Positions 1-9,765 of a stretch of DNA of 64,000 nt are shown in pieces. Source of the stretch: Patescibacteria group bacterium (GTDB taxonomy: Bacteria > Patescibacteriota > Minisyncoccia > UBA6257 > 2-01-FULL-56-20); contig JAGXBC010000002.1 of NCBI GenBank assembly GCA_018971305.1, positions 80,046 through 144,045 on the forward strand. The letters run 5' to 3'. A model generated the notes under the pieces. The model had not been told where the DNA came from and searched no databases. It saw only the letters and a program-made list of their open reading frames with translations. Numbering within the stretch: the first letter of the stretch is position 1; each line of letters opens with the position of its first letter. Position numbers and translations under genes: made by a program.

Positions 1-668
1 AAAAAGACGCGCCAGAGCTCTACAATGCCGTTGAGAATCTTTGTATCGCTTCCGGTTTGCCGATGCCGAAAGTTTATATTACACCCGAAGAGCAGATAAA
101 CGCTTTCGCTACTGGCCGCGACCCGAAACATGCGGCTATAGCTGTTACTGCCGGAGCTTTACAGCGTTTGAACAAAACCGAGCTTGAGGGAGTATTGGCG
201 CATGAACTTTCCCATGTCGGCAACCGCGACATTCTGGTTTCTACGGTCGCGGGAATTCTCGCCGGAATTATTTCGCTTGTAGCGGATATTTTTTTACGTT
301 CGCTTTTCTTCGGGGGGTTCGGCGGCAGGAATAACAGAGACGAAGGTGGTGGATTGTTCTTGATTCTTGGCATTGCGCTTTCAATCCTCGCTCCGATCGG
401 GTCTATGCTTATCCAGCTCGCCATCTCCCGCAGACGTGAGGCCTTAGCCGACGCTTCCGGAGTTTTACTCACCCGCTACCCGCAGGGATTAATTTCGGCA
501 CTGGAGAAAATCGCCGTTGATAACGTTCCTATGGCTTCGGCAAAGGATTCTACGGCGCATATGTGGATAGATACGCCGTTCAAGGGCCAGGGTGTTTCCT
601 GGTGGCACAAAATTTGGATGACCCATCCGCCGATACAAGATAGGATTGCGGCGCTTAAAAAACTGTAA
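1..668 (+). CDS. htpX: Zinc metalloprotease HtpX (M48 family), 5' end truncated by window edge
   Basis: In-frame from window start; translation ...ELYNAVENLCIASGLPMPKVYI... and HELSHVGNRD zinc motif (HExxH) typical of HtpX; C-terminal TM segments. Confidence 0.85.
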   Translation, partial: KDAPELYNAVENLCIASGLPMPKVYITPEEQINAFATGRDPKHAAIAVTAGALQRLNKTELEGVLAHELSHVGNRDILVSTVAGILAGIISLVADIFLRSLFFGGFGGRNNRDEGGGLFLILGIALSILAPIGSMLIQLAISRRREALADASGVLLTRYPQGLISALEKIAVDNVPMASAKDSTAHMWIDTPFKGQGVSWWHKIWMTHPPIQDRIAALKKL

Positions 669-673
669 CCAAG

Positions 674-1366
674 ATGAAATACTCTTTCGGTAAAACGGTG
701 GTCATAGCTTTGGGCGGCTCCATTATGCATCCGGACGAGATTGATGTTGCCTACCTGAAGAGTTTTGAAAAATTCATACGAAAATTTATAAAGAAGGATT
801 TCAAATTCGTTGTTGTTGTCGGCGGCGGGAGATTGGCCCGCGTTTTTCAAAATGCGGCGCAGGAAGTATCAGCTTTGCCGGATGAAGATAAGGATTGGCT
901 GGGAATCCATTCTACCCGTCTCAACGCCCATCTACTCCGTACTATTTTCAGAAAAGTTGCCGACCCGGTTGTTATCGATGAACGCGGCAAGATTAAAAAA
1001 TTAAAGTATCCCGTGACCATCGCTTCCGGCTGGGTGCCGGGGTGGTCCACGGATTTCGTTGCCGCCGCCATCGCCAAAGATTTTAAGGTGCAGGAATTCA
1101 TCGTGGCCGGGAAGCCGGCGTTCGTTTATGAAGCTGATCCGGCTTTGGATAAGAACACCAAGCCATATCAAAGGATCGGCTGGCCGGCATACAGGAAGTT
1201 AATTCCCAAAAAATGGATTCCCGGCTCGCACGCGCCGGTTGATCCGGTAGCTGCGCGGCTTTCCGAGAAGGCTAAATTGCAGTCTATAATCATCAACGGC
1301 AGAGACCTTAGGAATTTTGAGAAGCTCTTGAATGGAAAAGATTTTCGGGGCACAATTATTGGATAA
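674..1366 (+). CDS. Amino-acid-kinase family protein, probable UMP kinase (archaeal-type PyrH)
   Basis: N-term VVIALGGS; VVVVGGGRLAR (GGG loop) and SGWVPGWSTD resembling the PyrH FTTD motif; 230 aa. Confidence 0.55.
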   Translation: MKYSFGKTVVIALGGSIMHPDEIDVAYLKSFEKFIRKFIKKDFKFVVVVGGGRLARVFQNAAQEVSALPDEDKDWLGIHSTRLNAHLLRTIFRKVADPVVIDERGKIKKLKYPVTIASGWVPGWSTDFVAAAIAKDFKVQEFIVAGKPAFVYEADPALDKNTKPYQRIGWPAYRKLIPKKWIPGSHAPVDPVAARLSEKAKLQSIIINGRDLRNFEKLLNGKDFRGTIIG

Positions 1367-1724
1367 ATACATGGGGAAAGAGATATTAGAATTAGAATTA
1401 GAGTCGTTAAAATCTGCGGAGTCGGAACAATCCTCGGGCGAATTTAATGATTTTAAAGTAGAAAAGGAAGGGGATTATTCTGTGATAAGCTGGACCTTGC
1501 ATGACGCAGAATTAAAAGGCGACATTTCTTTTATTCTTCGGGTTAACAATAAAACCGGAGAATTGGCTGAGAGGCGGTGGACAAAAGTAGTTGATGGCCA
1601 AGAAACGCTTCTTCGGCAAGAAAATTTTGAGGCGGAAGAATCGTTGTCACCATCTCGGAGCACGGCTTATAGGCTGAAAAAGTTAGAAGAAGAGGCTTTG
1701 AATTCTTTAAAAAATCAGGTATAA
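1332..1724 (+). CDS. Hypothetical coiled-coil protein (overlaps previous gene by 35 nt)
   Basis: ORF only; charged/coiled-coil composition; no recognisable motif. Confidence 0.3.
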   Translation: MEKIFGAQLLDKYMGKEILELELESLKSAESEQSSGEFNDFKVEKEGDYSVISWTLHDAELKGDISFILRVNNKTGELAERRWTKVVDGQETLLRQENFEAEESLSPSRSTAYRLKKLEEEALNSLKNQV

Positions 1725-1745
1725 GTATTTAGTTTAGATAATATT

Positions 1746-1830
1746 GGAAGGGTCGCATAGTGGCCTAGTGCGCACGCTTGGAAAGCGTGTATACCGCAAG
1801 GTATCGAGGGTTCGAATCCCTCCCCTTCCG
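1746..1830 (+). tRNA. tRNA-Ser (anticodon GGA)
   Basis: Acceptor GGAAGGG/CCCTTCC, anticodon stem CACGC/GCGTG with loop TTGGAAA, long variable arm, T-loop TTCGAAT; CCA not encoded. Confidence 0.8.
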
Positions 1831-1908
1831 CAATACTACGACAACTCTCCTGAAATAAATCAGGTCATTTGACTGTATTATTTTTGTAGCTACGAGTATG
1901 ATTTTAAT

Positions 1909-2463
1909 ATGCCAGAAAAGACAGATGAAGACATCGCGACTGATGTCCAGCGCGGAGATGCGCAGGCTTTTGGGACGCTGGTAGAGCGTTATGAAGACAA
2001 GTTGATACGATACGCGAGGAGGTTTCTTCGCAGTAGCGATGACGCCGAGGATTTGGTGCAGGAAACATTCATTAAGGCTTATTCTAATATAAAAGGTTTT
2101 GATACTAAGCGTAGATTTTCCCCCTGGATATATCGCATTGCTCATAACGAATTCGTGAATTCCATGAGGAAGAGGAGCGGTAAGGAAAATATTTCCATTT
2201 TTGATTTCGATCTCCTTTTCCCCCATCCGGTTGCCAAGGAAACCGCGGATGACAAAGTGAATAAAGAAGAGTTAAAGAGGATGTTGGGGGGGTATTTGGA
2301 ACAGTTGGATCCCAAATACAGAGAGCCCATCGTCCTTTATTATTTTGAAGATATGGATTACGGAGAAATAGCGGACATTTTACAGATTCCTTCTTCCACT
2401 GTCGGCGTGCGTCTGCGCCGCGGCAAGGCGATGCTCAGAAAGTTGATGGATAAGTTAAATTGA
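1909..2463 (+). CDS. RNA polymerase sigma factor, ECF (sigma-70 region 2 + region 4)
   Basis: DLVQETFIKAYSNIKGFD (region 2.x), C-terminal HTH ADILQIPSSTVGVRLRRGKAMLRK (region 4). Confidence 0.8.
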   Translation: MPEKTDEDIATDVQRGDAQAFGTLVERYEDKLIRYARRFLRSSDDAEDLVQETFIKAYSNIKGFDTKRRFSPWIYRIAHNEFVNSMRKRSGKENISIFDFDLLFPHPVAKETADDKVNKEELKRMLGGYLEQLDPKYREPIVLYYFEDMDYGEIADILQIPSSTVGVRLRRGKAMLRKLMDKLN

Positions 2464-3182
2464 ATATGGAAAAAGAAAACAATAAACAATCTATTAAGGA
2501 CAGCGTTTTGAACGCAATAAAAAGCGGCAGAGCTAAGATGCTTCCGCGCTGGCATTTTGTTCTTAAGGGCGTACTGCTCGCGATTGGAGTTCTTTTGCTG
2601 GCCTTTCTTTTGCTCTATCTCGTGAGTTTTATCGTTTTTTCTATGCATCAGACGGGAGTTTGGTTTGTCCCGGTTTTTGGCTTGCCCGGTTGGTTCTCTT
2701 TCCTGCGACACATACCATGGATTCTTATCGGACTTTCTCTCTTATTCATTATTGTTCTGGAAATATTGGTCAGACGATATTCTTTCACATATCGTAAGCC
2801 CCTCTTATATTCGGTATTCGCTATAGTTCTAATCGCCGGTATCGTGGGAATTTTTGCTGCGCCGCTTCATAGGGGATTTTTCCTATCAATGCGTTTCGGC
2901 GGCAAAAGGCCTCCGCGGCCATCGATTCCTTTCTTGGACAATTTCTACCGCAGTTTCGGATTCCAGAGACTGGATGATGTTCACCGCGGGACGATAACGG
3001 AAATGATACCGGCAGGTTTTGTTATGGAAAATTTTGGTGGCGAAACTTCCACGATTATTATTTCTTCCGGTACGAGGCTTTTACCAATCAACGATTTTGA
3101 AGTCGGAGATACGGTTACGGTCTTTGGAGAAGAGAATGGTAATAGCGTGCAAGCGGTGGGCATAAGGGAAATAAGCGATTGA
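2460..3182 (+). CDS. Membrane protein, possible anti-sigma factor (start overlaps sigma stop, ATGA)
   Basis: Translationally coupled to the ECF sigma gene; multiple TM helices; no catalytic motif. Confidence 0.45.
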   Translation: MNMEKENNKQSIKDSVLNAIKSGRAKMLPRWHFVLKGVLLAIGVLLLAFLLLYLVSFIVFSMHQTGVWFVPVFGLPGWFSFLRHIPWILIGLSLLFIIVLEILVRRYSFTYRKPLLYSVFAIVLIAGIVGIFAAPLHRGFFLSMRFGGKRPPRPSIPFLDNFYRSFGFQRLDDVHRGTITEMIPAGFVMENFGGETSTIIISSGTRLLPINDFEVGDTVTVFGEENGNSVQAVGIREISD

Positions 3183-3286
3183 GATGTCCCTGGATACGGT
3201 AAGAATATTCCTGGTGGCAGCGAAATAAAAATATCTGGAATTTGTATATACATATACGGTGGATTTGCCCCCTGAAGCCCTTAACG

Positions 3287-5014
3287 ATGCTTAAAAATAT
3301 CTTCAAAAAAATTATAAAAAGAAAAATATTGTCCGCGATTGTGTTGGTTGGTGTTTGTGTCGGTGTCTATTTTTCTTATAACGCAATAAAAGGAGGTAGT
3401 GGCGGTGTCTTACCTCAATATGTTACCGCTAATGCTCAGGTCGGAACACTGGTGGTTTCCGTATCCGGCAGCGGCCAGATGGCGGCCTCCAGCCAGGTGG
3501 ATATAAAACCCAAAGTTTCGGGAGATGTGACATGGGTAGGAGTAGCGGCTGGAAACACTGTCCATTCCGGTCAAGCCCTTGTAAGAATAGATGACACTAC
3601 TGCCCTGCAGGCGGTGACCAACGCCGAACAATCTCTCGCTACATCCCGGCTTCAATATCAACAAGCAATAGCTCAGGCCCCCATAGATTATCAAAATGCG
3701 ATTAATGCTTTGGCTTCGGCGAAAACCTCTCTTAGTAATCAATACAATACTACTTTTAATATCCTTTCCAGTACGTATCTGGATTTGCCTGGTATAAATA
3801 CGGGAATGTATAACATTCTTTATGGAACCGATCTCGACCAGAAAAATGGTAAATGGAACGTCGATTCGCTTATTGATCTTTTCCAAAACCAAGACAATTC
3901 AACAATAATTTCGCTCGCCAATATCGCTAAGAGCGATTACGCCGTGGCCAATAATAAATATAATTCCAGCGTCACGTCTTATAAACAAATAACCAGGTCT
4001 TCGAGCGGTAGCGATTTAGAGAGTCTTCTCGGACAGAGCATAGATACTGCGGCTTCGGTTGCGCAGACCTTGCAAGATGAACTGAATTTATTGGGAGGAG
4101 TAACCGATCTTGCGAAGCAGTACGGTCGGACTTTACCAAATGCCATAAATACCCTACAGACAAACGCCCGCAATTATCTTACTAGTATGAACAGCGATTT
4201 GAGTTCGCTTTTATCACAGCAGCAATCTATTAATTCCGACGAGCAGGCTATTACAACGGATCAGCAAAATATTACCCTGCTTCAGGTTGGAAATCCGACC
4301 AATGATAATCCTATCAGTTTACAGATCTCTAAAAATAACTTGGCGGCACAGGAGCAGAGCCTCGCTGATCTTAAAACGGCGCTAAGCGATTACACAATAA
4401 CCGCGCCTTTCGACGGAACGATTTCCGCGGTAAACGTTAATGTGGGCGATACTCTGAGCGGCGCCGTGGCTACAATCGTTTCTACCAAGCAGCTGGCGCA
4501 GGCGACATTCAACGAGGTTGATATCGTCAATGTGAAAATAGGGCAAAAAGCCAGCGTGACCTTTGATGCGCTTCCAAATCTCACGCTTACCGGTAAGGTC
4601 GCAGAAGTTGATCCTGTGGGAACCGTAAGCCAAGGGGTGGTGAGCTATAAAGTTCAAGTTGCACTCGACGATAATAATCAATCTGTGAAGCCGGGAATGA
4701 GCGATACGGTGGAGATAATCACTAATGCCAAGCAGAACGCGCTCCTAATCCCTAATTCCGCGATAACAACAAGACAGGGAATATCTTATGTTCAGATCAT
4801 AGGAGCAGACGGAGTTCCTATAGAAACGCAGGTTACTACTGGTTTGTTTAATGACACCGAAACAGAAATATTGTCCGGTCTTAAAGAAAGCGATAAGGTG
4901 GTGACGCAGACCGTTGCCGCAAAAACAACTACGCAGAGTACTGTTGGCGCTACCGGCGGGAATGCCAGATTCGGCGGAGGGGGCGGCGGGGGATTGCGGG
5001 TTCTAGGATTATAG
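3287..5014 (+). CDS. HlyD/MacA-like periplasmic adaptor (membrane fusion protein) with long coiled-coil and Gly-rich tail
   Basis: N-terminal TM, beta-barrel/lipoyl-like segments (TITAPFDGTISAVNVNVGDTL), long Q/N-rich coiled coil; followed by ABC ATPase + FtsX permease. ATG at 3287 preferred over TTG at 3242. Confidence 0.7.
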   Translation: MLKNIFKKIIKRKILSAIVLVGVCVGVYFSYNAIKGGSGGVLPQYVTANAQVGTLVVSVSGSGQMAASSQVDIKPKVSGDVTWVGVAAGNTVHSGQALVRIDDTTALQAVTNAEQSLATSRLQYQQAIAQAPIDYQNAINALASAKTSLSNQYNTTFNILSSTYLDLPGINTGMYNILYGTDLDQKNGKWNVDSLIDLFQNQDNSTIISLANIAKSDYAVANNKYNSSVTSYKQITRSSSGSDLESLLGQSIDTAASVAQTLQDELNLLGGVTDLAKQYGRTLPNAINTLQTNARNYLTSMNSDLSSLLSQQQSINSDEQAITTDQQNITLLQVGNPTNDNPISLQISKNNLAAQEQSLADLKTALSDYTITAPFDGTISAVNVNVGDTLSGAVATIVSTKQLAQATFNEVDIVNVKIGQKASVTFDALPNLTLTGKVAEVDPVGTVSQGVVSYKVQVALDDNNQSVKPGMSDTVEIITNAKQNALLIPNSAITTRQGISYVQIIGADGVPIETQVTTGLFNDTETEILSGLKESDKVVTQTVAAKTTTQSTVGATGGNARFGGGGGGGLRVLGL

Positions 5015-5110
5015 ATCTCTGCGATCAAAAAAATAAATATAAAATATTGGCAGCCGCGAAAATGATTGGTGTAAATCAACTCTTAATTCGTTTTGCCTTC
5101 ACGGAGTAAT

Positions 5111-5824
5111 ATGATTGAAGTAAAAAATATCACGAAAATTTATAAGACTGGCGACTTTGAAACAGTCGCCTTAAAGAACGTGTCGTTTAGCGTCCGTGAC
5201 GGAGAATTCGTGGCGATTATGGGTCCGTCCGGTTCAGGCAAGTCAACGCTTATGCATTTACTCGGGGCGCTCGACACGCCTACGAGCGGAGAATATCTTC
5301 TTGACGGGAAAAATGTGGCCAAACTTTCCGAAGACGAACTTGCCGACATCCGCAACGAAAAGATTGGTTTTGTTTTCCAGCAGTTCAATCTTTTGCCGCG
5401 GGCCACTGTTTTCAGAAACGTAATGCTTCCGCTCGTGTACGCTGGAGTTGAAAGAGACAAAAGAGAAGAGCGTGCGAAAAAGGCTCTGGTTTCGGCCGCT
5501 CTGCCGGAAGATTGGTGGCAGCACCATTCCAATGAGCTCTCTGGAGGACAAATCCAAAGAGTTGCTATCGCTCGGGCGCTGGTTAATAATCCGACTTTAA
5601 TCCTGGCAGACGAGCCGACGGGAAATCTGGATTCCAAGACAGGAGAAATAGTTCTTGCTACTTTTCAGAGATTACATCAAGAAGGACGGACGATAGTGCT
5701 TATTACGCACGAGCTTTACGTTGCGGAACATGCTGAACGGATAATGCATATCCGCGACGGCGAAATAAAAGAAGACGGTAAAAATCATAGTCGCCGTATC
5801 GTCCATCATCCCGCAGCGGAATAA
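5111..5824 (+). CDS. ABC transporter ATP-binding protein (MacB/LolD-type)
   Basis: Walker [10 protein letters not shown], signature LSGGQIQR, Walker [12 protein letters not shown]; GGAG RBS before the ATG at 5111. Confidence 0.85.
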   Translation: MIEVKNITKIYKTGDFETVALKNVSFSVRDGEFVAIMGPSGSGKSTLMHLLGALDTPTSGEYLLDGKNVAKLSEDELADIRNEKIGFVFQQFNLLPRATVFRNVMLPLVYAGVERDKREERAKKALVSAALPEDWWQHHSNELSGGQIQRVAIARALVNNPTLILADEPTGNLDSKTGEIVLATFQRLHQEGRTIVLITHELYVAEHAERIMHIRDGEIKEDGKNHSRRIVHHPAAE

Positions 5825-5829
5825 TATCC

Positions 5830-7056
5830 ATGATAATCTCCGAACTTTTAGAAGAAGCGTTTTCAGCCGTAACTGTAAATAAAGTGCGGTCTGGCCTTAC
5901 GGTTCTTGGAATCATCATCGGTATCGGTTCGGTTATCGCCATGATTTCCATCGGCCAGGGAGCACAGGGTTCCATTAACGCGAGCATCCAGTCAATTGGC
6001 TCTAATCTTTTAGTTGTCTCGCCGAGTTTCCAGAGAACACCGGGTTCGGTTGTTTCTTCCGGCCGTGGAGCTGCGGAGACACTAACTCAGGCCGACTCCG
6101 ATGCAATTGCTTCGCAGGTAACCCAGATTGCCGCCATCGCTCCGCAGATCAATGGCCGTTATCAGATAAAATCCAGGACTGCCAATACCAATACCCAGGT
6201 CGTGGGGACGGTTTCAAGCTATCCGCAGGTTAGGAATGTAGATATGAGCTTAGGTTCTTTCATTTCTGACCAAGATGTGGCGAGCGTGGCGAAAGTCGCG
6301 GTTTTGGGTCCGACCACAACCGGCGATCTTTTTAATTCTACAAGCACGGATCCCGTCGGTGAAACAATCCGTATCAATAACATCAACTTTAAAATAATCG
6401 GAGTTACTAAGGCGAAGGGAGGGAATGGTTTTTCCAATCAAGACGACATTATTTATATTCCGCTTTCTACTTCGCAGCGCTATCTCCAGGGCGGATCTTA
6501 TGTTGCTTCCATAAATATAGAAGCACAGGACGCCAGTTCCATGACCTCGGTTCAAGAGCAAGTTACCAATCTTCTTATGGAGCGCCATCGTATCAGCGAT
6601 CCCAATCAGGCCGATTTCAGCGTTATTAATCAAGCCGATATTGTTTCTGCGGCTTCTTCTGTTACCAATACATTCACCATATTACTCGCTTCCATCGCCG
6701 GTATTTCCCTTGTCGTCGGCGGCATCGGGATTATGAATATGATGCTGACGACGGTTACGGAACGTACCCGGGAAATCGGATTGCGTAAAGCAATTGGCGC
6801 AAAGAAAAAAGATATCAGTTCGCAGTTTCTCGCCGAATCTGTGATGCTCACTTTCGTCGGCGGCGTTATCGGCATCATTCTTGGTTGGGTAATCTCCCTC
6901 TTAGTCACCCATTTCAGCGGTATTGCCACTGCGATTTCCTGGTGGTCGGTATTTTTGGCCGTCGGAGTTTCCGCCGGTATCGGCATGATATTCGGATATT
7001 ATCCAGCCCGAAGGGCTGCGGGCTTGAATCCCATAGAAGCGCTGAGGTACGAGTAA
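5830..7056 (+). CDS. ABC transporter permease, FtsX/MacB family
   Basis: N-terminal TM, large periplasmic domain, C-terminal 3-TM FtsX-like region ending ...PARRAAGLNPIEALRYE. Confidence 0.8.
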   Translation: MIISELLEEAFSAVTVNKVRSGLTVLGIIIGIGSVIAMISIGQGAQGSINASIQSIGSNLLVVSPSFQRTPGSVVSSGRGAAETLTQADSDAIASQVTQIAAIAPQINGRYQIKSRTANTNTQVVGTVSSYPQVRNVDMSLGSFISDQDVASVAKVAVLGPTTTGDLFNSTSTDPVGETIRINNINFKIIGVTKAKGGNGFSNQDDIIYIPLSTSQRYLQGGSYVASINIEAQDASSMTSVQEQVTNLLMERHRISDPNQADFSVINQADIVSAASSVTNTFTILLASIAGISLVVGGIGIMNMMLTTVTERTREIGLRKAIGAKKKDISSQFLAESVMLTFVGGVIGIILGWVISLLVTHFSGIATAISWWSVFLAVGVSAGIGMIFGYYPARRAAGLNPIEALRYE

Positions 7057-7128
7057 TGCTTCGCAATGAAATAATATGGCGGCAAAGGTCGTAATAAATA
7101 TAAATAAGCCAAGTTTTTTAATTAAATA

Positions 7129-7572
7129 ATGCACACAAAGAAACATTTAACTATAACTATCGTTGTCATCGTAGTTGCTGTAGTGGTTTCGTTCTACGGA
7201 GGGATGCTATACGGTAAATCTTCTAGCGCTTCTTCCAGATTTGGCGGTAATTTATCGGAGGCACAGCGGGCTCAGTTTCAGGGTGGTGCCGGAGGGCGTT
7301 CAGGGCAGTTCGGCCAAGGTGGCGGGATTTTAAGCGGGGACATTGTAGCTAAAGATAATCAAAGTATTACCCTTAAAACTCGTGACGGAAGTTCGCATAT
7401 AATTTTTTATTCCACTTCCACGAGAGTAATTAAGCCTTCGCCTGCTTCTATGGATGACGTGGTGAATGGTATTTCCGTTTTGATCACAGGAACGGCTAAC
7501 TCCGATGGAAGTTTGACGGCACAGTCGATTCAAGTGCGCGGATCTCAGCCGCAGGCACAACCTCAGGGATAA
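7129..7572 (+). CDS. Hypothetical secreted/anchored Gly-rich protein
   Basis: N-terminal TM helix then GGxG-rich region; no motif. Confidence 0.45.
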   Translation: MHTKKHLTITIVVIVVAVVVSFYGGMLYGKSSSASSRFGGNLSEAQRAQFQGGAGGRSGQFGQGGGILSGDIVAKDNQSITLKTRDGSSHIIFYSTSTRVIKPSPASMDDVVNGISVLITGTANSDGSLTAQSIQVRGSQPQAQPQG

Positions 7573-7692
7573 TAAGATTAATGCATGAGTTGATCCGATC
7601 ACGAGGTGAGAGACGTGATAATCTTAAATTGATGCCGGGTTTTTGCCATGGGGTTGCCGTTGCGGGTAAGATATTCTATTGTTTTATGATAA

Positions 7693-8331
7693 ATGAAAGA
7701 AATATTTCATAGACACAGATCGCTCTGGGTTCAGAAATCCTTTTTAGTTGGCGTAATCATGGGGATTTTAATGCTCGTCGCCGGAATAAGCGCCACTTAT
7801 TACGCTAATTTTTATACAACGATACACGCCAGTAACTCGGTTACAGATATTATTTTGGATAATATTCCCACGATAAACGTTGATTTCGTGTTCTCGGAGG
7901 GGGCGTCTATATTCGTCGCTATTTTCATCGCCGTTATTCTCTATGAACCCAAGCGCATGCCGTTCGCTCTTAAGGCCGCCGCCATGTTTTTCGTTACGCG
8001 TTCTTTTTTTATGATACTGACGCATATAGCTCCGCCGACTCATGGGTCTTATGTGGATCCAACTGATCTTATCTATAAATTAAGTTCGGGAGACGACCTG
8101 TTCTTTTCCGCGCATACGGGGTTTCCTTTTCTACTCGCACTAACTTTTTGGGACGAAAGATATTTAAGGGCGCTGTTCCTTGTCGCCACGGCAATCGGCG
8201 GCGCAGCGGTGCTTTTGGGACATTTGCACTACTCAATAGATGTTTTTTCCGCCTTGTTTATAAGTTTCGGAGTATACTATGCCGCGAAAAACTTTTTCTC
8301 TTCCGATTACGCACTTCTTAAATCGCAATAA
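7693..8331 (+). CDS. PAP2-superfamily-like membrane protein
   Basis: Multi-TM protein; motifs SAHTGF and GHLHYSIDV resemble PAP2 motifs 2 and 3 (SGH ... HxxxD). Confidence 0.5.
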   Translation: MKEIFHRHRSLWVQKSFLVGVIMGILMLVAGISATYYANFYTTIHASNSVTDIILDNIPTINVDFVFSEGASIFVAIFIAVILYEPKRMPFALKAAAMFFVTRSFFMILTHIAPPTHGSYVDPTDLIYKLSSGDDLFFSAHTGFPFLLALTFWDERYLRALFLVATAIGGAAVLLGHLHYSIDVFSALFISFGVYYAAKNFFSSDYALLKSQ

Positions 8332-8464
8332 ACGATAAATTAGGAGAAAGAACTGCCCACTGGCGGAATTTCAATATTACGAAATATATTCTTCCGTACA
8401 ATACTAATAACTAAGGCCGGATGATTACTTGCCGATATGGCGAGTCCGTTCGGTTCCAAGTAAA

Positions 8465-9001
8465 ATGAAAAAATTTATTTTATCAATATCTCTTATCGGC
8501 GCATTCGCTTTTTATGTTTTAATGAGTTCGCCGCAGTTGGTGCTTGTTGTAGCGCAGACCCCTGTTTCTCCGCCGACAGAAGAAGGCAGTAATCAAAACC
8601 CGACACCCCCGATATCGGGAAATCCCACAGAGACCGATACGCAGAGCCAGCCCCCGGCTACAGCTCCAACTCCAGCACCTGTTCCGGTTGCCGCGGCGCC
8701 TAAGCCATCAAGCGGATTATATAAAGACGGTTCCTATACTGGTCCGCTTACTGACGCTTATTATGGCTACGTTCAGGTTCAGGCCGTAATTCAGGGAGGA
8801 AAGTTGGCAGATGTAAGTTTCTTGCGTTATCCGAACGACAGGGGAACATCTATCTATATAAATTCGCAGGCCATGCCTTATTTGAAAATGGAAGCAATCC
8901 AGGCTCAAAGCGCCAAAGTCGATATAATCTCCGGTGCCACGGCGACAAGCGAGGCGTTTATCAAGTCGCTTGGCTCGGCGCTTGCTTCGGCAAAAAGCTA
9001 A
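8465..9001 (+). CDS. Secreted FMN-binding domain protein (predicted ApbE flavinylation substrate)
   Basis: Signal/TM anchor, Pro/Thr-rich linker, FMN_bind-like domain with the flavinylation motif D-I-I-S-G-A-T-A-T; ATG at 8465 preferred. Confidence 0.7.
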   Translation: MKKFILSISLIGAFAFYVLMSSPQLVLVVAQTPVSPPTEEGSNQNPTPPISGNPTETDTQSQPPATAPTPAPVPVAAAPKPSSGLYKDGSYTGPLTDAYYGYVQVQAVIQGGKLADVSFLRYPNDRGTSIYINSQAMPYLKMEAIQAQSAKVDIISGATATSEAFIKSLGSALASAKS

Positions 9002-9003
9002 TC

Positions 9004-9765
9004 ATGAAACATAATAGATTCATCATGGGTATGCCCATAGAGGTTGAGATAGTCGGCGGAACTGGAACCGAAAGCGCCGCCGAGGTGGTTTTTTCTTATT
9101 TTCGCTACGTGGATGAGAAATTCAGCACTTACAAAAATACGAGTGAAATCAGTTTTATCAATAAGGGATTTTTAGGCACCGAAGATTTAAGTGAAGACAT
9201 GAAAGAAATTTTATCGCTGGCTGCTAAAACCAAGCAGGAGACCGAAGGCTATTTTGACATTTTAACTCCTGCCGGAAATTATGATCCTTCGGGAATAGTT
9301 AAGGGTTGGGCCGTCTACAATGCGTCAAAAATGCTGTGGAGGCTCGGCCTTGAAAATTTTTACATCAATGCCGGCGGCGATATTGAAGCGCATGGGAAAA
9401 ATAGCGAGGGCAGGAGTTGGAGTGTTGGTATTAGAAACCCTTTTGCCAAAGAACAGATTGTGAAGGTAATTTATATGGAGAACCTGGGAGTTGCCACGTC
9501 CGGTAACTATGAACGGGGCGAGCACATTTATAATCCGAAAGATGTAGATGATGCCTGGAAAGAAATTAAAAGTTTGACGGTTATCGGGCCGAACGTTTAT
9601 GAAGCCGATCGTTTTGTCACCGCTGCTTTTGCCATGGGGCGAAAGGGAATAGATTTTATAGAAAGCATTCCCAGATTAGAGGGATATATGATAGACAACA
9701 CCGGCCTCGCCAGAATGACGAGCGGTTTCGAGAAACATACCGAAGATTATGCTCAAGTCGATTGA
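9004..9765 (+). CDS. apbE: FAD:protein FMN transferase (ApbE family)
   Basis: ApbE-like segments GWAVYNASKML ... YINAGGDIEAHGKN ... VATSGNYER; directly downstream of the FMN-binding protein. Confidence 0.7.
   Translation: MKHNRFIMGMPIEVEIVGGTGTESAAEVVFSYFRYVDEKFSTYKNTSEISFINKGFLGTEDLSEDMKEILSLAAKTKQETEGYFDILTPAGNYDPSGIVKGWAVYNASKMLWRLGLENFYINAGGDIEAHGKNSEGRSWSVGIRNPFAKEQIVKVIYMENLGVATSGNYERGEHIYNPKDVDDAWKEIKSLTVIGPNVYEADRFVTAAFAMGRKGIDFIESIPRLEGYMIDNTGLARMTSGFEKHTEDYAQVD

Noticed and set aside
1765-2226. 153-aa minus-strand ORF
   Set aside because: Overlaps the clearly folding tRNA-Ser(GGA) and the 5' end of the sigma-factor gene; no coding-like features; judged spurious
4960-5014. G-rich tract (GGCGGAGGGGGCGGCGGGGG) at the 3' end of the HlyD-like gene, considered as a possible slipped-strand phase-variation site
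   Set aside because: Longest homopolymer is only G5, interrupted by C/A; it encodes a plausible Gly-rich tail in frame, so there is no evidence for a contingency locus
7573-7692. Possible riboswitch-like leader (ATCACG...CGTGAT hairpin, G-rich tract) upstream of the PAP2-like membrane protein
   Set aside because: Could not match any known riboswitch consensus by eye; the pairing is short; left unreported as a feature
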